DNA of 64,000 nt from Nematocida ausubeli (Eukaryota), in the NCBI RefSeq assembly GCF_000738915.1, contig NW_026515637.1, positions 186,001 through 250,000 of the forward strand. Reading direction: 5' to 3'. Below are positions 52,749-63,374 of the stretch, one piece after another. Position 1 is the first letter of the stretch. Each line of letters begins with the position of its first letter. Both the position numbers and the translations under genes were made by a program. Below the pieces are notes generated by a model that was given only the letters and a program-made list of their open reading frames with translations, was not told the origin of the DNA and made no database searches.

Positions 52749-53479
52749 AGTATTAGTTACAGGCTGGCTCCTTGTGGGGGCATGTTAGTCTTAGACGAGT
52801 TTTTTCTTCTTGTCTTCTTCTGTGTACTAAGAATAGTTTGTTGAATAAAAATAATACAGTATATGGACTTGTAAAATATAAATCAAGAGAATGGCCAGAA
52901 TGGCAAGAAATTAATGAAATATGCTTAGAGCATGGAGAAGCTGTTATTGTTGGCTTTTTTGTCTTCGGGGCATAAAATCCTTTTTATGGGCCACCAGTGC
53001 AGAAAGTATGGATTGAATACTGCTTCTCTGGGGTTGAATATAGGCCAATATGTTACAAGGAAGCCTGTTTGTTTGCATGATATACTGTGCCACACTCACA
53101 TCTACTTATACAGTACATGGTTTTTTATTAAGCATAGCTGAGTTTTTTCCTGAAGTATTAGGCCTGGTTTTTCTATCCAGTATATAATTTATTTATTGAT
53201 GCCCATATAGTTTCTAAACCTGATATTGACTAATTAAACTATGTGTATACAATAGACCAATATTAAGACAGCATATTATAGTATGGCCCAATGTGTTCAC
53301 ACCCATAGATCACTATATATTGACCTATAAAAACAGAGTCCCTCATTTCTTATTGGCGAATAGCCAAATTCTTGTGGGAACAATGACTAGTTGGGCCACT
53401 GCCAACTTGAGAAAGGTTTCACATCCTTAGGACATGAAAACCAAAAAAGCCTAGTCAAAAAATTTTACCCTTGTTAATT

Positions 53480-56197
53480 ATGCATTTGCAATATTTGATT
53501 TGCTTTATGGTGATTGGCACCGTCTTTGCTAGGCTTGGTGTGAAGCATCTACAAGAAGCCCAGGAAATGCAGGTGTCCAATGAGGAAGGTGACCAGTTTA
53601 TCATAAACCCGGAAGGCCCATTTAACTTGCTGCGGGGATACATCTATCATAAAAGTGGATACATCCATAATAAGCGGCAGTTTTCCCCAGAAATAAGCAT
53701 AAACTACAATATATCAGGAAAGAAATCCTTATTCAGAAACTTATATGACTACAATTATACGAGGCTGCACCATAGTGATAAAGTGTATTACAATGAAAAT
53801 GGACCGTACCCAAAACAGGAAAAGGACACAGAGCAAGAAAAACTGAAAAAATACATTATTGACTACCACAGCAAACTTGTTGAAATGTTCTCATTAAATG
53901 ACACCCATGTGACAATTGAGGCAGGAAGGTACGATTCCTTAACCAAGTTTTTGAGGTACCCACCAGTTAAGGCTTGGTCTAACCACATTCTAGCCGCTCT
54001 TCTGTTGCTTTCTGAGGGCATAGACGTCCCTCTGGAGTGCGTGCAGGAGATGCCACAGCAGCATTTTCTTGTTCTAAAAAAGAGAAACTCTGACGAGAAC
54101 TACTTTTCAATTCAGATAAGTGTGCCAGGGTATAGTTCTTCTAGTCCAAGATATAACCCGCATGTTCCGCAGATTGAAGCCAAGAACATCATTGAGTTCT
54201 TTATAAAGAACAGAGGGTGCCCGTTTCTAAAGAAATCTGGAGTTTTTTCAGACCCAGCAACCTTTGAAGAGTTTAAGAATGGATATTTCCTGAATAGCAC
54301 GCGATTCTTAATACAGACCTATATCTTTGAGTTTATTGACAATCCAGCAGATCTTAAGGAGTTCATTACTGCTGGATACAGTTTACTGCAGGACTACATG
54401 CAAAATGATGCAGCTGGAAAAAAAAAGAAAAAGAGAATGATGAACATATTTAGTCGGTACTTCATACCCGCACAGAATTTAGGAAGCTCTTTGGAGTACT
54501 TTCATATAGCAGACACGCTTAAAGAGCTTAAAGACAGTAAAAAAATACTTCCTTTCTACTCAGAAGAGGAGATTCCTGTCTACTGCAGGATACCATGCTA
54601 CAAACAAAAAAAGGGCATATTTACTACAGACTATGCAGAATATTTTGCAAACTGCGGTGAAACAGTCCTTCTGAATCTATTCTGCTGCTTGCTGTACAAC
54701 CCAATGACCAAACAGTATACAACACAGCACATAACAAATCCGTCTGCAGATTTAGTTGAGTTCTTCTCTGTCTACAGCACACCTGTAGAGTCTAGCAGTA
54801 TGGAGATGCACATGGCCTGGTGTAAAGTCGTCTCAGATCGAAAAAGGAAAAGCATCAAATACCGGAGCAAAACATACGAAATAGCAAGCGGCATTATCAA
54901 TATGCTTCATATAATCACAGACCTAACAGGAATCTATGAAGAGAGAAGTGAAGTGCTTGAATCACTGTATGAGAGAGTCTTTAAAAGAGAACAATTGGAG
55001 GGTCCGCTTTTGAAAGAAATCTTAGACCATACAGAAAGTATTTTCAAGGAAATCGCCTGGAATAAATCCACTCGTGTGGACATGAATGGCGTACATAGAG
55101 TATACAGGTCAGATGGAAATCTCGATATTGTTGGAAACGTCACTATATATGCACAGCACGATTCAATGGAGTCTATTGCCGCTATACGCATAAGTACTGG
55201 GCACTCTTTCCTTAGTATATCGCCGCCTCCCTACGAGTTCTCTGAAGACGAGAATTCTTTGCTGTGCTCTCTGCAAAAAAAAGCACTTGAAAAGGACAGT
55301 TTCCTTGGGTATGCCTTTGCGCAGTATATTAGAAGGCTAAGACCTCGCTGCGAGGATGGCAAGGACGAGCTGGCTTTCCCGTGCATACAAAATGAAATCC
55401 TTGAAGTAGTAAGAAACAACTATGAAAATATGAACAGGCTTCTGCTCCTAAACAAAATATCCATACTGGGTGTAGCACGCGATATGGTGGAAGGCTGCAT
55501 GATACTCACGTCCAGGGCAGAATTGACTCCACGCCATCCTATAATCCGATTTACCTCGAACATAATAGGATGCATGAACCTTACAAAGTCATGCATTCAG
55601 GCATTTTTATTGCCCTCTTTAATATACTCAAACAACGCACACCTGTTTAGACGTATTAGCCTGCCTTTTGAAAGATGGAGAGAGATTATTTTGGACCCAA
55701 AAGAGCACATAAATACGTTCGAGCGCATTATACATGCAGATAACCCAGAATTTTTAGTTTCTGCAATAAGGCTATACACGCAGATAGAGAAAAAAGGAGC
55801 ACTAAGTGCGCAGAATCCACTGATTGAAAAAAGTCTTAACAAAGGAATATTCAAATGTCTATTCAAGAATAACACAGTTGAATATGCACAGATGCTGACA
55901 GACTGGATAGATTCATACTACCAGGTGAATAGAAAAGAAGTACATGCTGTAGTAAACTACATCTGGATGATATATGCATGTGAGGAAAAGAGTGAGCAAC
56001 CAGAGCTTATTATAAGTCTGGCTGCAATGATTAATAAGAGTATATATTTACATGTATTTAGATGTCTTGATATTTCAGACCCTGCTAAAATAGTCCGTGT
56101 GCTTACTTCTTTACAAGACTCTTTTAAAGAGAAAAATCTACGAGTGTGTAATATTTTGGAAGAGACCGTGCAATATATTGCTTCTCTGTGCGCATAA
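53480..56197 (+). CDS. Large secreted protein of Nematocida large gene family type (NemLGF1-like)
   Basis: Signal peptide (MHLQYLICFMVIGTVFAR) and the motifs INPEGPFNLLRGYIYHKSGY.HNKR.FSPEI, ILAALLLLSEG, FLIQTYIFEFI and NCGETVLLNLFCCLLYNP, which I recall from that family. Confidence 0.8.
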   Translation: MHLQYLICFMVIGTVFARLGVKHLQEAQEMQVSNEEGDQFIINPEGPFNLLRGYIYHKSGYIHNKRQFSPEISINYNISGKKSLFRNLYDYNYTRLHHSDKVYYNENGPYPKQEKDTEQEKLKKYIIDYHSKLVEMFSLNDTHVTIEAGRYDSLTKFLRYPPVKAWSNHILAALLLLSEGIDVPLECVQEMPQQHFLVLKKRNSDENYFSIQISVPGYSSSSPRYNPHVPQIEAKNIIEFFIKNRGCPFLKKSGVFSDPATFEEFKNGYFLNSTRFLIQTYIFEFIDNPADLKEFITAGYSLLQDYMQNDAAGKKKKKRMMNIFSRYFIPAQNLGSSLEYFHIADTLKELKDSKKILPFYSEEEIPVYCRIPCYKQKKGIFTTDYAEYFANCGETVLLNLFCCLLYNPMTKQYTTQHITNPSADLVEFFSVYSTPVESSSMEMHMAWCKVVSDRKRKSIKYRSKTYEIASGIINMLHIITDLTGIYEERSEVLESLYERVFKREQLEGPLLKEILDHTESIFKEIAWNKSTRVDMNGVHRVYRSDGNLDIVGNVTIYAQHDSMESIAAIRISTGHSFLSISPPPYEFSEDENSLLCSLQKKALEKDSFLGYAFAQYIRRLRPRCEDGKDELAFPCIQNEILEVVRNNYENMNRLLLLNKISILGVARDMVEGCMILTSRAELTPRHPIIRFTSNIIGCMNLTKSCIQAFLLPSLIYSNNAHLFRRISLPFERWREIILDPKEHINTFERIIHADNPEFLVSAIRLYTQIEKKGALSAQNPLIEKSLNKGIFKCLFKNNTVEYAQMLTDWIDSYYQVNRKEVHAVVNYIWMIYACEEKSEQPELIISLAAMINKSIYLHVFRCLDISDPAKIVRVLTSLQDSFKEKNLRVCNILEETVQYIASLCA

Positions 56198-56701
56198 ATA
56201 TAACCCGAATGCATACAAAGATACTTTTATGCATGCTGAATATTTAATTACCCTGGATAGTAGGGAATTTTGTGTCTTCGATGCACTTCTGTACTCGTCT
56301 TTTTCGGGCATACTCTACATATATACCAGAGGCATAAGTGGATTTGTTCATGCAGAGCACACCTTGGTGCAGTCTAAACAATAAATAAGATGCTTAATAG
56401 TCTTCCAGATGGTCATTATAAGTAGAGCGGCATGTGTATTAAACTGCCTTTTCTACATTCCAGATACTCCTTTTCTTCATGCATAGTTTAAAGTACATAT
56501 GTTCTGATGTAGTGTATATTCTGAAATGTTTCTTTAATTTTATATAGGGCTTTCTATTCTTTTGTGGTGTTTCTTTTTCTTCTGGATTTCTTCACTGAGT
56601 GTATGAAAAACAGAACCCTTTCATTTTTTTTAGAAATGCAAAGTGAACAGATTAAAAATACATAAAGCTAAAATTCACCAGAGAATGTGTAAACCCTTCA
56701 A

Positions 56702-57712
56702 TTACTCTTTATTTCGATATGCCATCTTAGCTAGAAGCATGTGCACAGAAGATGCTACGTCCTCTGCATTTGGATACATCAGCTTCTCAAGCTCTTCTGC
56801 ATATGGGGTGGGCACTTTCTTGCTGCAGAGTGTGTACACAGGGCTCTCCAGGACTCCAAAAAGACGAGAGGAGATAGATGCAGAGATCTCAGAGGCAACT
56901 CCGCACTCTGGCCAGGCATAGTCCACAATCAACAGCCTCTTTGTCTTTGAAACAGACTTCTCAATTGTGCATATGTCCAAAGGATTTATAGCCAATAAGT
57001 TGATTACCTCCACAAAGATATTCTGCTGCTTAAGAATCTTCTCAGCTGCCTCCAGACAGATGCCAACTGTTATGCCAAGTCCTACAATGGTAACTGCATC
57101 ACCCACCACCTCAACAATTGCCTTGTCCAGAGGGAGAAGGAAGTTCTCATCAAGTATTGACTCATCAAAGTCTTTTTCCTGGGAGTAGAGCATTTCATTC
57201 TCCAGAACAATCACAGGATTTGGGTCACGGATTGCACTTCTTAGAAGACCTGCGTGGTCCCGGGCCGAGTGCGGCATAACCACCCGAAGGCCTGGAATAG
57301 AGGCAAAGAATCCACTGAAGTCCTGCGTGTGCTGTGCACCCACGCCAGCTGCATATCCATTTGGGCCTCTAAACACAATCGGGCACTGAATCCTGCCTCC
57401 CGACATATACAGAGTCTTTGCTGCAGAGTTGATTATGTGGTCCATCGCCTGCAGGGCAAAGCTGAAAGACATAAAGTCGCACACAGGCTTTAGCCCCATG
57501 AAAGCAGAGCCCACTGCCAGGCCTGTAAACCCTATCTCAGATATTGGTGTGTCAATCACCCGGGCTGAGCCAAATTTCTCCAAAAGACCAGCTGTGCACT
57601 GGTATGCCCCTCCGTACACTGCAACCTCCTCGCCAATCAAGTACACACTTTCATCTCTGATCATTTCCTGGGCAAGTACCTTCTGTATAACCTCGGATAT
57701 TTTCTCTTTCAT
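56702..57712 (-). CDS. PDB1: Pyruvate dehydrogenase E1 beta subunit
   Basis: GEEVAVYGGAY, RVIDTPISEIGFTG, DHIINSAAKTLYMSGG, FRGPNG.AAGVGAQHTQ, IRDPNPV..LENE. Confidence 0.96.
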   Translation of the reverse strand: MKEKISEVIQKVLAQEMIRDESVYLIGEEVAVYGGAYQCTAGLLEKFGSARVIDTPISEIGFTGLAVGSAFMGLKPVCDFMSFSFALQAMDHIINSAAKTLYMSGGRIQCPIVFRGPNGYAAGVGAQHTQDFSGFFASIPGLRVVMPHSARDHAGLLRSAIRDPNPVIVLENEMLYSQEKDFDESILDENFLLPLDKAIVEVVGDAVTIVGLGITVGICLEAAEKILKQQNIFVEVINLLAINPLDICTIEKSVSKTKRLLIVDYAWPECGVASEISASISSRLFGVLESPVYTLCSKKVPTPYAEELEKLMYPNAEDVASSVHMLLAKMAYRNKE

Positions 57713-59045
57713 GAAAATAAACAAACCATGTGTTATATACATAACTCATAATCAAACTTATACAAAAAAGAATATATCAAGAGGTACAACAGAAAGGTAC
57801 AATAGACAGGAAAGAATGCACTTGATCCATCTGAAATGATGCTTTTTACTGTTCTTTGCATGCATCTAGAAAGAATAATTCGAATAAAGTGGCGGAATTC
57901 ACGTGATGATTTTCTTTAAATTTATCAGTTTAAGGTAACAAGCAATTTCACCAAATATCAGTTGAAATTCATCTATTAGTAGAGAAGAATCAATCAATTG
58001 TTTCTTTCTTCTTAAACTCCGTGATATCATGGAAGTAAAGTTATTATTTTACCACTACATGCATACTCCATGGATAAAACCTATTTCTGATCTATTTCTA
58101 GCTAGTTAAATACTTATTATTCTGTCTATATTACATATGCATTGAATGCACATACAATGTATGCGATTTTCTCGTATTTAAATTATATTCATGCAAGTGG
58201 CTGTGCAGAGTACAATGTAAATATCTATATGGAAGTGCAGTGCGCATTAAAAGGTAATTCTGCCATCTGCACGCCAGATATAAAATTATATGCTACTTTG
58301 AAAACTTCTTGCTCTAACTATTTTTTGTCTTTGTAAGTACTAGAGCTTAAAGAAATTGAATAATGCAGAAAAATGAAAATATTGCTGAACTGATGCAGAG
58401 AGAGTATGACCCGCATGAATTGTAAAAATATTACATATTACAGGCATACAGACACATAGTAGAACTTACATATATGCATAAGACCTTAAGATGGTAAAAG
58501 TAGTTAAGAAATGAAAGCACTTATACAAATTAACTGTAGACTTTCCATGCATGCATATTACAGTACAGAAGAGTGCTATGGAGCAAATGTGCATCTGTAA
58601 ATGCACTAGAAAAAATACATGAAAGGAACCGCCTAAGCCAGAAGCAGTAGCAATTGCAGACTAAATAACCCACTTGAAAATGCTTTGTGAGCCTATTAGC
58701 ACATGCAACTGCTAAAAATGTTTTATTATTAAAACCCCACATAGCAGTACGTGTGAGTAGTAGAGTCTTCTGGGATACATTGAAAATCCGAAATGCAATA
58801 GGAGACATCTGCAAGCATGGAAATAATATATCAAATAGATCTAAAGTTTCAGCATTACTTTGGGAGTGCTATGTGTAAATAAGAAAAGGAAAAGTAGAAT
58901 TCTAGTGTATTTGTGCGTATAACCTTCATAAAGTCTTTGTGGCCCTATAAATAGATGCGTGCAGTGTCTACAGAATGTGTTTTGAAAGATGCTTCATTAA
59001 TTAGGGCACACCTGCCATGGATCCTGGGCAATCAAAAACAATGTA

Positions 59046-59117
59046 GGCGACTTGGTCTAGTGGTATGATTCCTGCTTTGGGTGCAGGAGGTCCCGGGTTC
59101 AATTCCCGGAGTCGCCC
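59046..59117 (+). tRNA. tRNA-Pro(UGG)
   Basis: Cloverleaf: acceptor GGCGACT/AGTCGCC, anticodon stem CCTGC/GCAGG with loop TT-TGG-GT, T-arm GGTTCAATTCC, downstream T-run. Confidence 0.97.
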
Positions 59118-59175
59118 TTCTTTTTATTTTTCGCATTTTTAATTGCTCTTTAAAGCACCTTCCTTTTCTTTATTT

Positions 59176-59706
59176 ATGAAAAACCCTCAAAGCAGAAACA
59201 AGCCAGCGAAAAAGGAAGAAATCCACCCACATCTGTACGACCTATCCGTAATAAAATCGGAGCTGGATGAAATTCTTGTTGAATACCTCACTGAGTTGGA
59301 GAAGTACCAAGAAGACACGATCTTCACTGACATAAGAATTGCCATAGGGATTGCGACGGCATCCATTGCTATCTCTGTTTTCCTTCTAGTGGAGCGCGCT
59401 GGCCTGAATGCAAACCGAATAGGAATCATTGTACTTCTTGTTTCCTTCTGGATCCTTGCATATGCAGAAAGCATTATCATGAAGGTCTTCTTTTACCACA
59501 CTTTTTCTGGCACAAAAGATACCCACAAAGTGAAAGTAATCACAAAGATCGCAGACACACTCCCTATATATACAATACTAATATACTCAGGGCAGAAGAA
59601 AATACCAAGCAAAACCTCCATAGACATTCGCTCTGTGTATGCTGATAATTTTCTAATTGTAAGTGGCTTTAGACGCATAATAAAAGACTGCCTGAGTAGT
59701 GCATAA
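59176..59706 (+). CDS. SPC2: Signal peptidase complex subunit 2 (SPC2/SPCS2)
   Basis: LYDLSVIKSELDE...KYQED...TDIRIAIG, two TMs, PIYTILI in the C-terminal domain. Confidence 0.75.
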   Translation: MKNPQSRNKPAKKEEIHPHLYDLSVIKSELDEILVEYLTELEKYQEDTIFTDIRIAIGIATASIAISVFLLVERAGLNANRIGIIVLLVSFWILAYAESIIMKVFFYHTFSGTKDTHKVKVITKIADTLPIYTILIYSGQKKIPSKTSIDIRSVYADNFLIVSGFRRIIKDCLSSA

Positions 59707-60055
59707 AAAAGAAGTAGTAAAGATAAATAAAAAGTTATTCTGGCATACAGCACTTTTTCTATCAATCGCACGCAGGAAAGTAGAATATTCCAGCAATACA
59801 TGGCATAAGTATGCAGAAGATATTCTGTGTGAATACCTGCAAACGAATGCAACCATGTAAAACAGTATTTTATCTGCGATTATGTCTTGCAGGTTATTAA
59901 ATACGCACTCTTGCTGGGATGTGATTATCTTATAAGAAATATCTGTAGATACGCATAGAATACAGCCTGTGTTTCTATATTCTGCATGATATCTATTGAG
60001 GTGTTCTGTTTCACTGTTTATTCTGTATTTATTATTTGTATTTTTATTTTCTTTA

Positions 60056-60622
60056 ATGAAGAGAGTATTCTTGGCTATTTTCTTTATCGGGCTGGCCCTG
60101 TGTGAAACATTTGATGTGGCAGGGGATGATAAGTTTGTTCTGGGTCTGAGGCTCGCAGAGGGCAGGAAAACCCGTTTGGAAATGTCACTTTCTGGCGTAG
60201 GGAATGGGCCAACCACTTTGCAGCTTAAGGACCCTTCTAATAAAGTCATAAGAACATTTAAAGATGAGACAAATATGACAATTTCTTTCATGCCAAAGGA
60301 AGCAGGCGACTACAACCTAACCCTAAGCAACCCTTCAAAGAAGAAGATTATCTTTACAGTTATACTCCCAGAGGCAGATGAAGGCCCATTTGCATCGCAG
60401 GTAGAAGCAAATCTTGGAAAGGATCTGGAAGACTTCCTCCGAAGAATAATTGATGCACACAAATCACTGCTCTCTAGACAGACCGAGCACTTAGAGAAAG
60501 CAAAAGGCACTAAGAGCTGGATAAAGAAGCTTACGCTTCTTGAGGTGTGTCTGTGCCTGCTTGCCTTGTACTACGTGCAGAGCGAGGCTGTTAAGACCTT
60601 CTACAGCACCAGAAAGGTATAA
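60056..60622 (+). CDS. p24/emp24 (GOLD) cargo receptor
   Basis: Signal peptide, GOLD (ISFMPKEAGDYNLTLSN), coiled coil, TM, tail VKTFYSTRKV. Confidence 0.85.
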   Translation: MKRVFLAIFFIGLALCETFDVAGDDKFVLGLRLAEGRKTRLEMSLSGVGNGPTTLQLKDPSNKVIRTFKDETNMTISFMPKEAGDYNLTLSNPSKKKIIFTVILPEADEGPFASQVEANLGKDLEDFLRRIIDAHKSLLSRQTEHLEKAKGTKSWIKKLTLLEVCLCLLALYYVQSEAVKTFYSTRKV

Positions 60623-60746
60623 CGAATAAATAGTAAATACTTATACATTATAGTCTGCCCATCTTCTTTGGTTTATTTTTGGCACGGGCATGCTTCTTTG
60701 TTTCTTTTTTCTGCATAAATGCAAGAATAACGGAACAGAAAATTTT

Positions 60747-61319
60747 ATGGCAGAAAAGGAAGAGAAGGACATTTCGCACGAGATGAGAAGTGTGCGAGTT
60801 CCATCAAGAAAGATGAAAATGATAAAGGAGGAGTGGATGAAGATATACACACCAGTTGTAGTGCAGTGCAATCTTCAAATAAGAATGAATTTGGCAACAC
60901 AGAGCATAGATATTAGAACGTGTAAAGAGACACTTAGCCCTGTAGCCATACAGAGGGCTGAAGAATTTATCAGTGCAGTTACGCTTGGGTTCTCTCCAGA
61001 GGATGCACTTTCCATTCTGAGAGACGACACGCTCTATGTAAACTGCTTCTCCATTGAAGATGTAAGAATACTGAGACATCACCACATAGGCAGAGCCATT
61101 GGAAGAGTTGCTGGTACAAAGGGAAAGATCAAGAACAATCTGGAGCTAATCACACAGACACGCATTGTTATAGAGGACAAGAACATCCGTGTGCTTGGAA
61201 CTGCAGAGAGCATTGCGCTGGTGAGAACAGCAGTAAGTAAGCTGATCATGGGGTCACAGCCAGCAAAGGTCTGCGCGGACTTAAGAATGATTTCAAAGAA
61301 AGTGCAAGAAAGGCTCTAG
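60747..61319 (+). CDS. PNO1: PNO1/DIM2 KH-domain 40S assembly factor
   Basis: VRVPSRKM..IKEEWMKIYTPVV, LGFSPEDALSILR.D.LY, GRAIGRVAGTKGK, LIMGSQPAKV. Confidence 0.93.
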   Translation: MAEKEEKDISHEMRSVRVPSRKMKMIKEEWMKIYTPVVVQCNLQIRMNLATQSIDIRTCKETLSPVAIQRAEEFISAVTLGFSPEDALSILRDDTLYVNCFSIEDVRILRHHHIGRAIGRVAGTKGKIKNNLELITQTRIVIEDKNIRVLGTAESIALVRTAVSKLIMGSQPAKVCADLRMISKKVQERL

Positions 61320-62030
61320 AACAAACAACAGAAACTGCAGCCCAAACCATTAAGGTGCTTTGGATCTATATAGGACGAGCATTCCTGGCAGAAAGACTCT
61401 TTAAACTATTATTCGGCTGTTAAATTCAATAAATGCCAAACTTAGTCAATTCATATCTGCATGCTGTGTACGCATATGGCATTTATGCAGATTCTTTTAG
61501 CAAGCACTTTTATTTGTAGTGTATGCTGCATGCCAGATATTCTATATTCTGTGGTTCACACATATTTTTACAATGGAGTGATTTAGTCATGCTAAAAATC
61601 TGTCCGAAATTCTAAATATCATTTGCAGCACTAGAAATGCCAAGACATGCTAGTGAAATATAAGAACCTGTATACTGAACACCTTCACATAGCACTTGTC
61701 TGATTTTCAGGCTATAGAAATATGTGCACCCTAACAGAAAAACACCCTAAATGCAGAATAACTTGGTATGAATATATTCAGTCTGTGCTATAAACTATCT
61801 GTATACATCAATGCATTGTGCTTTTATCCTTCTGTTACAAATATTTTCAATGAATAAGACAGTGCAGTTAGAAAACCTATTTATTCCTTTTAAACTCCAT
61901 TTTAATCCTCCCATGGTTTGTCTGTTTATAATATCCTATGCTTAATATGACCATGTTCATTTTATCGTATTTAAAGAGAGAAAAACTCAGTTCTCAAATT
62001 ACTGCAGCGAATACGGGCTTAAAATCTGCC

Positions 62031-63374
62031 TTATTCTGGGATCTGGAAGACTTGGGTGAAATATGCCACCTGTTGTATGATTCTTTGCATGCTGCTTGTC
62101 TGCAGAATGTTTTTCTCCTGCATCCATGCCTCCAGAGTCTTATAGCCCTTTCTTTCCTCTGCTGTCTCCTTAAGAAGAGAAATCACAGAGTCAATCATGC
62201 CTGCCACAAAGACTATATCATCCTCCTTGAACCCTCTGGTTGTAAGAGCGTATGTTCCCAGACGAATACCAGATGGCGTAAATAGAGAGCCTTTATCTCG
62301 CGGCACACTGTTCTTATTTATGCTTATCCCCAGGGCATCACAGAAGGTCTCCACCTCCTGTCCTCCCACGTTCATATTTCCTAAGTCAATAATGATCATA
62401 TGGTTCACAGTTGAGCCTGTAATAATATTGTATCCCTTCTCCTGGAAGAACTTGCACATTACCTTGGAGTTAGCAAGAACCTGCTCTCCATATTTCTTAA
62501 ACTCAGGCTGTGCTGCCATGTGCATCGCATGTGCTATACCTGCAATTGTTTGATTGTGGGGGCCGCCCTGCATTAAAGGGAAGACTGCTTGGTGCATTCT
62601 TTGCTCAAGATTGTACTCCTTGCCCTTGATTGTGACACTCTTTCTGTATATAATTATTGCACCTCTTGGCCCTCTTAGCCCCTTGTGTGTGGTTGTCATT
62701 ACGACATCACAGTGTGCGAACGGACTGTTCATAAGATCGCAGGCAATTAGAGCAGATATGTGCGAGATGTCTGCATATAAAAAGGCATTGCTGCCTACAA
62801 TGCTTCTCAGCTTTTGATAGTTTATATCCTGGGAATGTGCACTGTACCCACAGATGAGTAGCTCTGGGTTGATCTCATTTACTCGCTTCTCAATGATGCT
62901 GTAGTCTAAGACCCCCTTCTCATCTACTTCGTACGGGTATGATGCAAAGTAAAGACTTGTTCCAGATACCTTTCGGGTTTTTGTCTGGAACCCGTGTGTT
63001 AGATGCCCTCCTGCAGGCAGATTCATTCCCATTATCTTTCCGCCTGGTCCTATCAAAGCAGAGTAAGCAGAGAAGTTGGCCACACTCCCAGAGTATGGCT
63101 GCACACAGACTCCCCACTCGTTGGGATCAAGCCCAAACAAGGCAAGTGCTCTTTTTTGGCATAGGCTTTCGATTGCATCAATGTATTTTGTTCCTCCGTA
63201 GTATCTTGCACCCACCTTTCCTTCGGAATATTTATTAGTTAGAAGGGATCCAGAGTATTTGTAAATTTCTGGAAATACATAATTTTCGCTTGCAATTAAA
63301 GTAAGCGAATTTCTTTGTCTGTTTTCTTCTTGATCAACATATTCTTTCAGCTGGCTATCCTGTTCAACACTCAT
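62031..63374 (-). CDS. SHMT: Serine hydroxymethyltransferase (cytosolic)
   Basis: LIASEN, NKYSEG...RYYGG, VQPYSGS.AN, GGHLTHG, TTTHKGLRGPRG, FPLMQGGPHN, SGIRLGT. Confidence 0.97.
   Translation of the reverse strand: MSVEQDSQLKEYVDQEENRQRNSLTLIASENYVFPEIYKYSGSLLTNKYSEGKVGARYYGGTKYIDAIESLCQKRALALFGLDPNEWGVCVQPYSGSVANFSAYSALIGPGGKIMGMNLPAGGHLTHGFQTKTRKVSGTSLYFASYPYEVDEKGVLDYSIIEKRVNEINPELLICGYSAHSQDINYQKLRSIVGSNAFLYADISHISALIACDLMNSPFAHCDVVMTTTHKGLRGPRGAIIIYRKSVTIKGKEYNLEQRMHQAVFPLMQGGPHNQTIAGIAHAMHMAAQPEFKKYGEQVLANSKVMCKFFQEKGYNIITGSTVNHMIIIDLGNMNVGGQEVETFCDALGISINKNSVPRDKGSLFTPSGIRLGTYALTTRGFKEDDIVFVAGMIDSVISLLKETAEERKGYKTLEAWMQEKNILQTSSMQRIIQQVAYFTQVFQIPE

Noticed and set aside
52532..52844. 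ORFs of 71 and 95 aa
   Set aside because: They overlap the 5S rRNA gene and are spurious
57800..59000. Abundant TGCA/ATGCAT palindromes and short ORFs in the long spacer
   Set aside because: A window-wide compositional bias; no ordered repeat or coding signal found
59653..60291. 212-aa minus-strand ORF
   Set aside because: Non-ATG start, antisense to p24 and SPC2, running through AT-rich spacer
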